A stretch of 64,000 nt of DNA, taken from the IMG/VR virus record IMGVR_UViG_3300033153_008400, positions 32,001 to 96,000 of that record; one strand, 5' to 3'. Every line of letters starts with the position of its first letter. Position 1 is the first letter of the stretch. The notes under the pieces are model-generated. The model was not told where the DNA came from. It did not search any database and saw only the letters and a program-made list of their open reading frames with translations. The stretch comes from a virus. The position numbers and the translations under genes were made by a program. Shown one piece after another: positions 50,566-59,303 of the stretch.

Positions 50566-51633
50566 ATGGCAGCGAAGAAATTTTTAGTAGACATAGATCT
50601 AAATGGTAATGTTATAATTGATGGAGATACTACTTTAGGATTTGTAACTCCTATTGCAGTGACAACCCTTAATTTACCTGCTAAGACAGTTGGTACATAT
50701 ACACTTGCTACTTTAGCAGACATTCCTACAACTATAGTTGGTATAACTGGAACTAAGACTGAGTTTGACACGGCTGTTACAGATAGTGATTTTGTGTGGG
50801 CAGAAGATAATGAACCCATAACTGGACTTTGGAATTTTAAAAATAATGGGGCAGGTGGATTTACCGATTATGATATTTCAATAGGTGATACAGATGTATC
50901 ACCTACCTATGGTATGGCAAGATTTGGTTCTGCTACTATTGGAAGAACAAGTAGAAATACTGCAAATCTTGATTTAGATGGAACAGTAGTGATTATAAAT
51001 AATGATACTCCTGCAACAAGTAATATCTTATTTGCTATGTTGGATGGTAGTAATTCACTTCGATTTGCTTTACCAAAAAGTGCAGTAGGTAATGCAACCT
51101 ACAATCCACGTTCTATGCTTTTAGCTGGGCCAGTGGTTAATGATGATACAGTAGTTACAGTAGGATATTGGCAAGGTCAAGGAATATTTCATAATCTTGC
51201 TTGTGATACTGGAACAGATGGTGCTGATTTAGGTGTTCAGAATGATTTAGAAGTTGAGGGAAATATATTTATAGATTCCATAAAAGAAAGTACAATAGAT
51301 ACTGGTGTAACAATTGATGGTTTATTAATCAAAGATGGTGGAATACCTGAAGCAGCAGTAACTACTCATGAAACTGCATTGTCAATAGCATGGAGTCAGA
51401 TAACAGGGGAGCCTACTACATTTAGTGGATATGGTATTAGTGATACGATGGCTAATTTAGACTCAGCAATATCTGATGGTGATGTAGCTTATCAAGATCA
51501 AACATTAGTAGTGGGAGATCATGGAACAGCATCTGTAGATCAAGTAGTAAATGTTTGTTATGGTACAAGCTCAACCCCTCCAACAGCAAGTGGAACAACA
51601 GAAGGGACATTATATATTCAATATACTGCATAA
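50566..51633 (+). CDS. Fibre-like protein
   Basis: N-terminus FLVDIDLN matches FLVDINLN of ORF 48730; AWSQITGEPTTFSGYGISD fibre repeat; C-terminal YGTSSTPPT...EGTLYIQY. Confidence 0.7.
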   Translation: MAAKKFLVDIDLNGNVIIDGDTTLGFVTPIAVTTLNLPAKTVGTYTLATLADIPTTIVGITGTKTEFDTAVTDSDFVWAEDNEPITGLWNFKNNGAGGFTDYDISIGDTDVSPTYGMARFGSATIGRTSRNTANLDLDGTVVIINNDTPATSNILFAMLDGSNSLRFALPKSAVGNATYNPRSMLLAGPVVNDDTVVTVGYWQGQGIFHNLACDTGTDGADLGVQNDLEVEGNIFIDSIKESTIDTGVTIDGLLIKDGGIPEAAVTTHETALSIAWSQITGEPTTFSGYGISDTMANLDSAISDGDVAYQDQTLVVGDHGTASVDQVVNVCYGTSSTPPTASGTTEGTLYIQYTA

Positions 51634-51653
51634 TAATTTTAAAACTAAACAAT

Positions 51654-52085
51654 ATGGCAATATTAAATTTAGATGATTGGGCTGATATTATACAAGCAAG
51701 TCCAATATTAAATATCCAGCAATGTAATGACCTTAGAGAATCTGTTCATGCAGGAGTATTTGATGATACAAAAATGATTAAAATTTTTCAATATTCAGGA
51801 TCTATTGATTTTATAAATAGTCATTCAGATTTATGGAAGATTACTAAAAATTTTATAAAAAATTATATGTTTGATGATAATCCAACTCCTGAAGAAGAGG
51901 AAGATCCAAACTACATATATGATGTTATTACAAAGAAAAAAGGAGATTTTTTAGAAAGAGAAATTGATAAAATAAATGAATTTCCTATACAATTAAGAAA
52001 TGAAATATTAATTGAAATAGGTGAACAAATGGGAGGTAACCTATCTACAAAATTACAAACAGCAATAGACTTACTTAATAGTTAG
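51654..52085 (+). CDS. Hypothetical protein (possible fibre assembly factor)
   Basis: Likely start is the ATG at 51654 after an A-rich leader, avoiding overlap with ORF 50566; acidic and helical; lies between fibre genes. Confidence 0.5.
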   Translation: MAILNLDDWADIIQASPILNIQQCNDLRESVHAGVFDDTKMIKIFQYSGSIDFINSHSDLWKITKNFIKNYMFDDNPTPEEEEDPNYIYDVITKKKGDFLEREIDKINEFPIQLRNEILIEIGEQMGGNLSTKLQTAIDLLNS

Positions 52086-52088
52086 AAA

Positions 52089-55000
52089 ATGGCATATCCA
52101 GTATATCAAAGTAATGGTGGAATAGGAACAGGAACAGCTTATGAAGTAGTTGTTGATTATCCTTCTACTGTAAATGCAGATGATATACTTATTGCTTGTA
52201 TCATGGATGCTGATAATGATACGTTTGATACACCTTTCGGATGGACTAAAATATATGAAGATGGTACAGTTAATAACTGTTCAGTAGCTTTTTATTGGAA
52301 ACGAGCTGACGGAACAGAAACAGGTTCAGTTACTTTTACGTCTTTACTTAATGCAGGTTCTTTAGTAGCGGGTATTATGTATCGTTATTCAGGTTGCATT
52401 AAAACTGGTGTTCCATTTGAAGAAAAAGCACAGTATGCTGTTACACAAGCTACATCACAAGTTATTGGTTGGGGAGCTATGTTTCCTGCTAATGGTACAG
52501 ATAGACTTGCAGTAGCTTTTAATATTGTTGAGGATAATACCATATCTGGGTTTTCAGGTACAGGATGGACAGAAGATAGCAGATTATCTACATCAGTAGG
52601 TGGTGATGCTCATTTTGCAGCCGCTTCTGAAGAATTTACTACTTATGGTAGTGTTGCTACATGGACTTCAGGAAATGAATATAATGGAGGTTTAGGATTA
52701 TATCTACTTCCTGAACCTGAAATAGATGTTACTTTAAATACAGCAGATGCATATGATTTTGAAGAAGATACTACTCCTACATTAGAATTTACAGGTGATG
52801 CAGTAAGTAATGAAGATTTAGAATATGAAATACAAATTGATACTGTTAATACTTTTAATTCAGATGAACGAAATGATGATGGTTATTCTGAAAGTAATTA
52901 CGATACTGATGCTCCTATTGGCGATTTTACAACAAATAAAGGAATAGCTCAAAGTTTTACAGCTCAATCAAGTTCTATCCTTAAATCATTAGATGTTTAT
53001 CTTAAAAAGATAAGTGCTCCAACAGGAAATGCAGTAGCTAAACTTTATTATCATGGAGGTAATTATGGTAGTATTACACTCTCAGCTCCAATAGGAGATG
53101 TATTAGCTATTTCTGATACCTTTGATGTCTCAACATTAACAACATCTTATGAAACTGTTACTTTTAATTTTCCTACTTTTTTTGAATTAGAAGAAGGAAC
53201 TTATTATTTTATTTCTATTGAATATACTGGTGATAGTTCTAATTATTTAGAAGCTAAAATAGATACATCTTCTCCAACTCATAGTGGAGTTATAGCTGCA
53301 TTAAATAGTTCTAATGAATGGTATGGAACAGGTTTTGATTATGATTTATGTTTTCAATTAAAAGTAAGTATTCCTTTAATCCAAGCATTATCAGAAGTAC
53401 CAGATGCAGGGTTTTTGAATACAACAGATAATTGGGAAGCTACTACATATTACTTCGATGGTTCAGATGCAGCAGCAGTAGATAGTGGTACAGATTGGGT
53501 TGATGTTACTAATTCTGATGATGGTTCTATTTCTACTTATGCTTATATACCATCAGGAACTTCTATTCTAAAAATAGAGGGAACTAATGCACCTGCAAGT
53601 GGTAATACCATTACTCTTGTAAGAACAAGAATATATTATGATGATGATGATAATGATACTCCTCATTGGAGTTCTTATTATAATTTATCAATCCCTTCAG
53701 GTGGTTGGACATGGGCTAAAGTTCAAGCATTAGAATCTTCTTATCTTGTAGGAGGAGGGATATGTACTTTTACTGTTGATACAAATGGAGATGCCGAAGA
53801 ACTTTTATTTGAAACTTTCAGTTCTTATGATTTTAGAGTTTACAAAGTAGAAATAGAAGTAATCACAGGAGATTGGCATCCATTTGATGACAATGAAAAG
53901 GTAAGTTATACGGTACAACCAATTGTTCCAAGTATTATAGAAACATTTTATTTTGATGGTAGTGATTTACCAGCAGAAGACCAAGGTAGTGATTGGGTTA
54001 ATGTTACTAATCTTGATGATGGTAGTATATCTACTTACATGTACACTACTTCTTTACTTTCATCAGCTATATGGTGTGATGGTACAAATGCACCATCTTC
54101 AGGAAGTGCCATTGTAAAAGTACGAACAAGAATTTATGTAGAAAATGGACAAGGTAATCCTCTTTTATGGGATATTTGGGACGAAACTTCAACTGAATTA
54201 TTAACTTATGAAGATTACCCTATTGATTTTTCTTTAGGATGGACAGATTATGTGAATGTATTGGCTCCTATAGGTGGATGGACATGGGCTGGTGTACAAG
54301 GACTTTCATTAGCTATATCCTCAGGATCAGGAAGTGCAGGGCAAGTTGATGTCTATAAAATGGAAATAGAAGTTACTTCATTAGGTCCTTTACCTGCACC
54401 AACAGGAACAGATGTTTACTATTGGAGAGCAAGGGCTAAAAACCCAACAGGAATTAATATTTGGGATGATTGGAGTTTCTTAGCTACTCCTATAACTACA
54501 TATTATTTCGATGGGAGTGATGCAGGTGCAGTAGATACGGATGCTGTTTGGACAGACGAAACGAACACAGACGATGGTTCTACATCTACCTATGGTTATA
54601 CCACAACATTAGGTTCAGAAACTACAAATGAAGTTATAATAGAAGGAACAAATGCTCCTGCAAGTGGAGCAGATATTTTTTCTGTTAGAGCAAGATATTA
54701 TGCTAATTTTTCAGGGGGTGATGGTTGGTCTGATTATGTAGAATTATCTATTCCTTCGGGCGGTTGGACATGGGCTAAACTACAAGCTCTTGAAGCTATT
54801 ACTTATTATACACAACAAATTGGAGAATATGGAGCTTTATCTATATACACAAATGGATTAGGAGAAAGATTACTTCAAGTAATAGCTCATAACGAAATTG
54901 CCACAACTCAATATAATCTTTATAAAATAGAACTTGAAGTAACCCCTTACAAAACTTTTGAACTTACAGAAGCAACAGGTACTACTACGACTACCACAAC

Positions 55001-55145
55001 AGTAGGAGGAGGAATTAATATAAAAGTAAACATAGGAGATGATTGGAAAGAAGCAACAGCTATGAAAATAAACATAGGGGATGATTGGAAGGAAGTGATA
55101 ACTGTAAAACAAAATATAGGAGGAATTTGGAAAACAGTTTTTTAA
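52089..55145 (+). CDS. Receptor-binding / fibre tip protein with three internal repeats
   Basis: 1018 aa, acidic and beta-rich; three copies of YYFDGSD...W.D.TN.DDGS.STY...GTNAP.SG...GGWTWA; short Thr tract; C-terminal (NIG..WK)x3. Confidence 0.65.
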   Translation: MAYPVYQSNGGIGTGTAYEVVVDYPSTVNADDILIACIMDADNDTFDTPFGWTKIYEDGTVNNCSVAFYWKRADGTETGSVTFTSLLNAGSLVAGIMYRYSGCIKTGVPFEEKAQYAVTQATSQVIGWGAMFPANGTDRLAVAFNIVEDNTISGFSGTGWTEDSRLSTSVGGDAHFAAASEEFTTYGSVATWTSGNEYNGGLGLYLLPEPEIDVTLNTADAYDFEEDTTPTLEFTGDAVSNEDLEYEIQIDTVNTFNSDERNDDGYSESNYDTDAPIGDFTTNKGIAQSFTAQSSSILKSLDVYLKKISAPTGNAVAKLYYHGGNYGSITLSAPIGDVLAISDTFDVSTLTTSYETVTFNFPTFFELEEGTYYFISIEYTGDSSNYLEAKIDTSSPTHSGVIAALNSSNEWYGTGFDYDLCFQLKVSIPLIQALSEVPDAGFLNTTDNWEATTYYFDGSDAAAVDSGTDWVDVTNSDDGSISTYAYIPSGTSILKIEGTNAPASGNTITLVRTRIYYDDDDNDTPHWSSYYNLSIPSGGWTWAKVQALESSYLVGGGICTFTVDTNGDAEELLFETFSSYDFRVYKVEIEVITGDWHPFDDNEKVSYTVQPIVPSIIETFYFDGSDLPAEDQGSDWVNVTNLDDGSISTYMYTTSLLSSAIWCDGTNAPSSGSAIVKVRTRIYVENGQGNPLLWDIWDETSTELLTYEDYPIDFSLGWTDYVNVLAPIGGWTWAGVQGLSLAISSGSGSAGQVDVYKMEIEVTSLGPLPAPTGTDVYYWRARAKNPTGINIWDDWSFLATPITTYYFDGSDAGAVDTDAVWTDETNTDDGSTSTYGYTTTLGSETTNEVIIEGTNAPASGADIFSVRARYYANFSGGDGWSDYVELSIPSGGWTWAKLQALEAITYYTQQIGEYGALSIYTNGLGERLLQVIAHNEIATTQYNLYKIELEVTPYKTFELTEATGTTTTTTTVGGGINIKVNIGDDWKEATAMKINIGDDWKEVITVKQNIGGIWKTVF

Positions 55146-55161
55146 TAATTAAATTCGTATT

Positions 55162-55455
55162 GTGAAACAAAAGGAAATGATAATAGAAAAAGAAGTAAAA
55201 CCTCTTATTGACTATTTGGTAGACAGACTTGTAAGTAGAAAATTCATTGCTGCATGTGTAGCCACATGGTTAGTTTGGAATGATAAAATTGATGGTAATG
55301 CATGGACTATTTTTATGGCTTGGTATATTTCAACATTAGTGTTCTTAAAAATATTACCATTTTTTGCTAAAAAGCAAGAACGAAACTTTAAGCATTTTAG
55401 ATTTAAAAAAGATGATAATGCTATTGATACAAAACACATACCAGAAAAGGATTAA
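55162..55455 (+). CDS. Putative holin
   Basis: SRKF followed by two hydrophobic segments and a charged C-terminus; first gene of the lysis cluster. Confidence 0.55.
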   Translation: MKQKEMIIEKEVKPLIDYLVDRLVSRKFIAACVATWLVWNDKIDGNAWTIFMAWYISTLVFLKILPFFAKKQERNFKHFRFKKDDNAIDTKHIPEKD

Positions 55456-55471
55456 CGAAATACTACACGCA

Positions 55472-55720
55472 ATGACACAGACATTAAACAAAGTTACGTT
55501 TGGACATCTTCTCACTATTTTAGCAATAATTCTAATACCATTACTTGTTTGGGGAGTTTCAATAGAGAATAGATTTGAACAGGTAATTGACAATACAGAA
55601 GATATTAAAGATCTTGAAAAAGAAGATAAATCTTTAGAAGATACTATAGATACAAATCATATTGAAATAATGAAAGTATTACTTGAAATTCAAATAGAAC
55701 AAGCAAAAGCACATAAATAA
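55472..55720 (+). CDS. Small membrane protein (holin/antiholin-like)
   Basis: Likely start 55472 (MTQTLNK...); one TM helix followed by an acidic coiled coil; stop overlaps the lysin start. Confidence 0.5.
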   Translation: MTQTLNKVTFGHLLTILAIILIPLLVWGVSIENRFEQVIDNTEDIKDLEKEDKSLEDTIDTNHIEIMKVLLEIQIEQAKAHK

Positions 55721-56163
55721 TGGTACCTATAATTAAAATAGAAAGAATGTGGCAAAATGTTAATGAAACATTTGGAACTTGTACAGTTATAGGAAACGAG
55801 AACATGCCTTTATTTTCATCATTATGTGTTGAAAGAGGTTGGAGAAATAATAAAAAAAGTGTCAGTTGTATCCCTAAAGATTCTGGACCATATGAAGTTG
55901 TATGGGAATATTCTAATAAATTTAAAAGAATGTTATGGGAAATTAAAGGAGTCCCTAATAGAAGTGAGACCAAGTTTCATGTTTCAAATTACTGGCACGA
56001 TCTAAATGGTTGTATTTCCCTTGGGAGACGACCTAAGGATATTGATAAAGATGGTTATATGGATGTGACTTCATCTACTGATACTATTAATGATTTTCAT
56101 AGAGCTTTGAAACATTTTGACAAAGCTATACTAGTAATAGTAGGTAAACAAAATATATCATAA
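55720..56163 (+). CDS. DUF5675-family putative endolysin (L,D-transpeptidase-like fold)
   Basis: IER...TFG...CVER.W.NN...SCIP...Y...VPNRS...FH..N...DLNGCISLG matches the DUF5675 pattern; lysis-cassette context. Confidence 0.8.
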   Translation: MVPIIKIERMWQNVNETFGTCTVIGNENMPLFSSLCVERGWRNNKKSVSCIPKDSGPYEVVWEYSNKFKRMLWEIKGVPNRSETKFHVSNYWHDLNGCISLGRRPKDIDKDGYMDVTSSTDTINDFHRALKHFDKAILVIVGKQNIS

Positions 56164-56549
56164 TGATAGAAAATTTAAAAAAATACAAATGGGTATACAC
56201 TGTTTTAGTTATTATAATTGGAGGTGCTACATGGATCTATACTCAAGGTGGAATTGATTACGATAAAGAAAGTAGATTATTTACTACTCCTGAAAAAAGA
56301 ATTGAAACTGAAACTTATTTTGAACAACGACCTTCTCCAGTACAAGAAATGCGACAACTTATTTTAGATAGTGTTGCAGCTAGAGAAGTGATTAAAAATT
56401 CTAAAGATGCTACACGTTCAAGAGCTAAACGAGATTCTTTATATAAAGAAGAACGTAAAGCTAGGCAGATAACTGATTCTATAAATAAGTTAAATGCAGA
56501 TCAGATGTATCAGATCAAGGAAGAACTCAAAAGAATTAAACAAGAATGA
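56163..56549 (+). CDS. Membrane-anchored coiled-coil protein (lysis accessory)
   Basis: N-terminal TM segment (WVYTVLVIIIGGATWIY) followed by a charged helical region. Confidence 0.5.
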   Translation: MIENLKKYKWVYTVLVIIIGGATWIYTQGGIDYDKESRLFTTPEKRIETETYFEQRPSPVQEMRQLILDSVAAREVIKNSKDATRSRAKRDSLYKEERKARQITDSINKLNADQMYQIKEELKRIKQE

Positions 56550-57109
56550 AAAATCTACTAATTATATTCATATCAGTATTTCTTATAGGATGTTTAGGTT
56601 CTAAAACAGTCAGTGAATCTACCATTAAAACAAAAGAAGTTGATAAATCTGAAAAGGTAAAAGATTCTATTTCTACCAAAGATACCAATAAAGCAATTGA
56701 TGATAAGATTGTTACACCAGTACCAAAAACTGGTAATGCTGAGATGGATGCAAGATTTGATGCATTATTATCAGCTATGAATACATCTAAAACTTCAGGA
56801 GATAACTCTTATAAGCGTTATTATGACGAAAATACACGACAACTCATAGAAGAATTTAAAATAGGTGAGACCACTTCTGAGAAGATTGATGTTAATGAGA
56901 GTGAAAAAGTTGAAAAAACCTTTGAAGAGCAACAAAATGAATACTTTAAAAAGAAAATAACAACAATGCCCTGGTACCTATGGGTTGCATTATTTGTATT
57001 CTTATGGCCTACTATATGGAAGTTCTTGAAGCCAATTATACAAGTAGCTACAGGACCAGCTAATATAGTAACAGGAGTGACTAATCTTATAAAACCAAAA
57101 GATAAATAA
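56546..57109 (+). CDS. Putative unimolecular spanin (lipoprotein with C-terminal TM helix)
   Basis: Signal peptide with lipobox LIGC, S/T/K/E-rich periplasmic region, C-terminal TM (PWYLWVALFVFLW). Confidence 0.7.
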   Translation: MKNLLIIFISVFLIGCLGSKTVSESTIKTKEVDKSEKVKDSISTKDTNKAIDDKIVTPVPKTGNAEMDARFDALLSAMNTSKTSGDNSYKRYYDENTRQLIEEFKIGETTSEKIDVNESEKVEKTFEEQQNEYFKKKITTMPWYLWVALFVFLWPTIWKFLKPIIQVATGPANIVTGVTNLIKPKDK

Positions 57110-57119
57110 AATATTTTGT

Positions 57120-57127
57120 TACCTTTG
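57120..57127 (+). promoter_or_regulatory. Bacteroidota-type -7 promoter box TACCTTTG
   Basis: Exact TAnnTTTG match in the intergenic gap, about 28 nt upstream of the ATG at 57155. Confidence 0.55.
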
Positions 57128-57154
57128 GTAACACACACAATAAATTAACTACAT

Positions 57155-58201
57155 ATGAAGAACGTAAAGTTTATTACTGCATGTCCTGATGATAACTATT
57201 ATACATGGCAAGTCCATTTATGGTTAGAATCTTTGAAAGACTTAGATAAATCCAAAGATGCAATCGTTTTAATCTACAGACCATTGGTTAGGGAACCAAA
57301 TACAAAATGGAAGAAAATTGAAGAGCTTTATCCTGAAGCAGAGTTCAATTATATTGTAGAACGTGTAGGAGAGAACATGAATACGTTGATCGGCATCTAT
57401 ATTCCAATTATAAGAACGTATAGTATGTGGCGTTACTTGAAAGAGAATCCCTCCCTGGGGTTAGATAATGTATTGTTCTTTTGTGATTCAGATATTTTGT
57501 TCACGAAAGATTTCAATATAGATAAATTTTTAGAAGAGGATGATGATGTCAATTATGTATCAGATTCTGTAAGCTATATGGGAGCAGTATACTTTGACAA
57601 CAAGATCAGTGAAGTACTTCCTGAGAAGAAAGAAGAATTCAAGACTCGGGATGTTTTAGCAGAGTTGTTAAGTATCATAGGAGTTGAAAGAGAAGTTGCA
57701 GATAGAAATCAAGAACATAGTGGAGGAGTACAATATATTTTAAAGAATTCTACTCCTGATTTTTGGCAAAAGGTAATGAATGATGCTATTTTGATTAGGA
57801 CGTATATGCAAAAGGTAAACAGAGAGTTTTTTCCTACTCAAGATTTAGGATATCAAAGTTGGTGTGCTGATATGTGGTCAATTTTATGGAATTTATGGTT
57901 TGGTAACCTTGAAGTAAAAGTTGTTCCTGAATTAGATTTTAGTTGGGCATCTTGTAAGATAGACCAATTAGATAAGAAAACGATTTTTCATAATGCAGGA
58001 ATTACAGGAGAGAGTATGCCACACGATGGAGGTGGAACTCATTTATGTTTTTATAAAGGAAAGTACCACAGAGGTTCTGACCCAACTAAAGATCCTGTAT
58101 TAGATCAAATTATAAATAGTGAAGATTCTCAAAAATTTTGTACTTGGTTTTATGCCAAGAAGGTAAAAGAAATTGGAGAAAAATATAAAATAGATTATTA
58201 A
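57155..58201 (+). CDS. GT-A fold glycosyltransferase resembling peptidyl O-glycosyltransferases (GT95 HPAT / GT96 SGT-like)
   Basis: N-terminal FITAC..NYYTWQV, DxD motif FFCDSDILF (57485-57493), GGVQYIL, WCADMW (57860) and a late IFH; the order and spacing resemble the YxxWQ / DxD / WxxEM motifs of HPAT/SGT enzymes. Confidence 0.65.
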   Translation: MKNVKFITACPDDNYYTWQVHLWLESLKDLDKSKDAIVLIYRPLVREPNTKWKKIEELYPEAEFNYIVERVGENMNTLIGIYIPIIRTYSMWRYLKENPSLGLDNVLFFCDSDILFTKDFNIDKFLEEDDDVNYVSDSVSYMGAVYFDNKISEVLPEKKEEFKTRDVLAELLSIIGVEREVADRNQEHSGGVQYILKNSTPDFWQKVMNDAILIRTYMQKVNREFFPTQDLGYQSWCADMWSILWNLWFGNLEVKVVPELDFSWASCKIDQLDKKTIFHNAGITGESMPHDGGGTHLCFYKGKYHRGSDPTKDPVLDQIINSEDSQKFCTWFYAKKVKEIGEKYKIDY

Positions 58202-58218
58202 CATTAAATACAATTATC

Positions 58219-58500
58219 ATGAAAAAAAGAGACCTCAAAGGGTATGTCAGATTCGATGGATCAGGCCGAATTGTAGCAGGAAGTTTAGTACTAAGAAGAA
58301 AAATGCCTAAAGTGGGCAAGTGGCAAGAAGTCCCTTCTTATGAATGTTGTAATACGACGACTACTACTACAGCAGCGCCTACTACGACAACGACTACTAC
58401 GGCAGCTCCGACAACAACAACAACGACCACGGCAGCGCCTACGACTACTACGACAACAACCGTAGCACCGACAACAACAACAACAACAACAGGAGCATAA
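58219..58500 (+). CDS. Mini-mucin: basic ~44-aa head plus five Thr runs
   Basis: MKKRDLKGYVRFDGSGRIVAGSLVLRRKMPKVGKWQEVPSYECC then (T7AAP/VAP)n ending TTTTTTTGA; tightly packed between its neighbours. Confidence 0.75.
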   Translation: MKKRDLKGYVRFDGSGRIVAGSLVLRRKMPKVGKWQEVPSYECCNTTTTTTAAPTTTTTTTAAPTTTTTTTAAPTTTTTTTVAPTTTTTTTGA

Positions 58501-58504
58501 TAGT

Positions 58505-58915
58505 ATGAATAATATATTTCCAAAAGGCATGATTAAACAAGAATTGACTTGTGAAATAATAGCCTCAAAATTATCGATTTTTTATGAGCAAATTCATTTG
58601 CTTCATTTACAGACTTCTTCTTATGCTGAGCATATGGCCTTAGGTGGTTTATATGAATATATAGGAGGATTTAAAGATGATACTTTGGAAAAAATTATGG
58701 GATACAAAAGTGTAAGACTCAAAGCATTTGATTTAGGAGGTACTCTTAAAGAGTACTCTCCTGGATTAAGTATTGAGCTTGTACAGGAATTAAAGGATTT
58801 TGCATATGATTTACAATTATATGCAGGAGAATATAATATGCCTGATATTGAGAATACAGCACAGGAATTATCTGGTCAAGCAGCTAAAACATTGTATCTT
58901 TTAACTTTGAAATAA
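58505..58915 (+). CDS. Ferritin/Dps-like protein (DUF5856-like)
   Basis: IHLLHLQTSSYAEHMALGGLYE...D.LEKIMG and a terminal KTLYLLTL are typical of phage ferritin-like proteins. Confidence 0.8.
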   Translation: MNNIFPKGMIKQELTCEIIASKLSIFYEQIHLLHLQTSSYAEHMALGGLYEYIGGFKDDTLEKIMGYKSVRLKAFDLGGTLKEYSPGLSIELVQELKDFAYDLQLYAGEYNMPDIENTAQELSGQAAKTLYLLTLK

Positions 58916-59197
58916 GTGGAAACTCTCAGGAAATTCTTTCCTTCGATATTATCTGAGAATGAAGCAACATATTTTGCTCAATTAGAAGGTATAGTTGGTT
59001 CTGTAGATGAACTTAGTTCTTTACAGATAACGCGAACTTCAGATTCTTATGCTTTTAGGATAGCTCCAAGTCATCCTAAGTATAATAATTTGTTGATAGA
59101 AGAATTATTGAAGTATCATAATTTATTTAAAATTAGATTGGATATGTCTAAAAGCATAAAAACATCTGGTACTATTGTATTTAAAATAAGTTTATAA
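58916..59197 (+). CDS. Hypothetical protein
   Basis: 93-aa ORF with a GTG start abutting the upstream stop. Confidence 0.6.
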   Translation: METLRKFFPSILSENEATYFAQLEGIVGSVDELSSLQITRTSDSYAFRIAPSHPKYNNLLIEELLKYHNLFKIRLDMSKSIKTSGTIVFKISL

Positions 59198-59211
59198 CTA
59201 AAAAAGTTATT

Positions 59212-59248
59212 AAAAAAGAAAGAGCCTATCAGTTAGATGATAGGCCCT
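59212..59248 (-). terminator. Rho-independent terminator (minus strand)
   Basis: Minus-strand RNA agggccuauca-ucuaac-ugauaggcucu forms an 11-bp stem with a G-U pair that only forms on the minus strand, followed by uucuuuuuu. Confidence 0.7.
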
Positions 59249-59298
59249 TACATGGCAGAATTCATAAAGTACTAGTTTAATATTCGAGTTTATTCTCG
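59212..59298 (-). ncRNA. Candidate ~85-nt small RNA
   Basis: Bounded by a minus-strand TATGTTTG box (59304-59311) and the minus-strand terminator; contains a 5' hairpin cgag-aauaaa-cucg; no substantial ORF. Confidence 0.4.
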
Positions 59299-59303
59299 CT
59301 TTA

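Noticed and set aside
48158-55145. Diversity-generating retroelement or invertible cassette acting on the fibre genes
   Set aside because: No reverse transcriptase, recombinase or adenine-specific TR/VR pair is visible. The repeats present are in-frame domain duplications.
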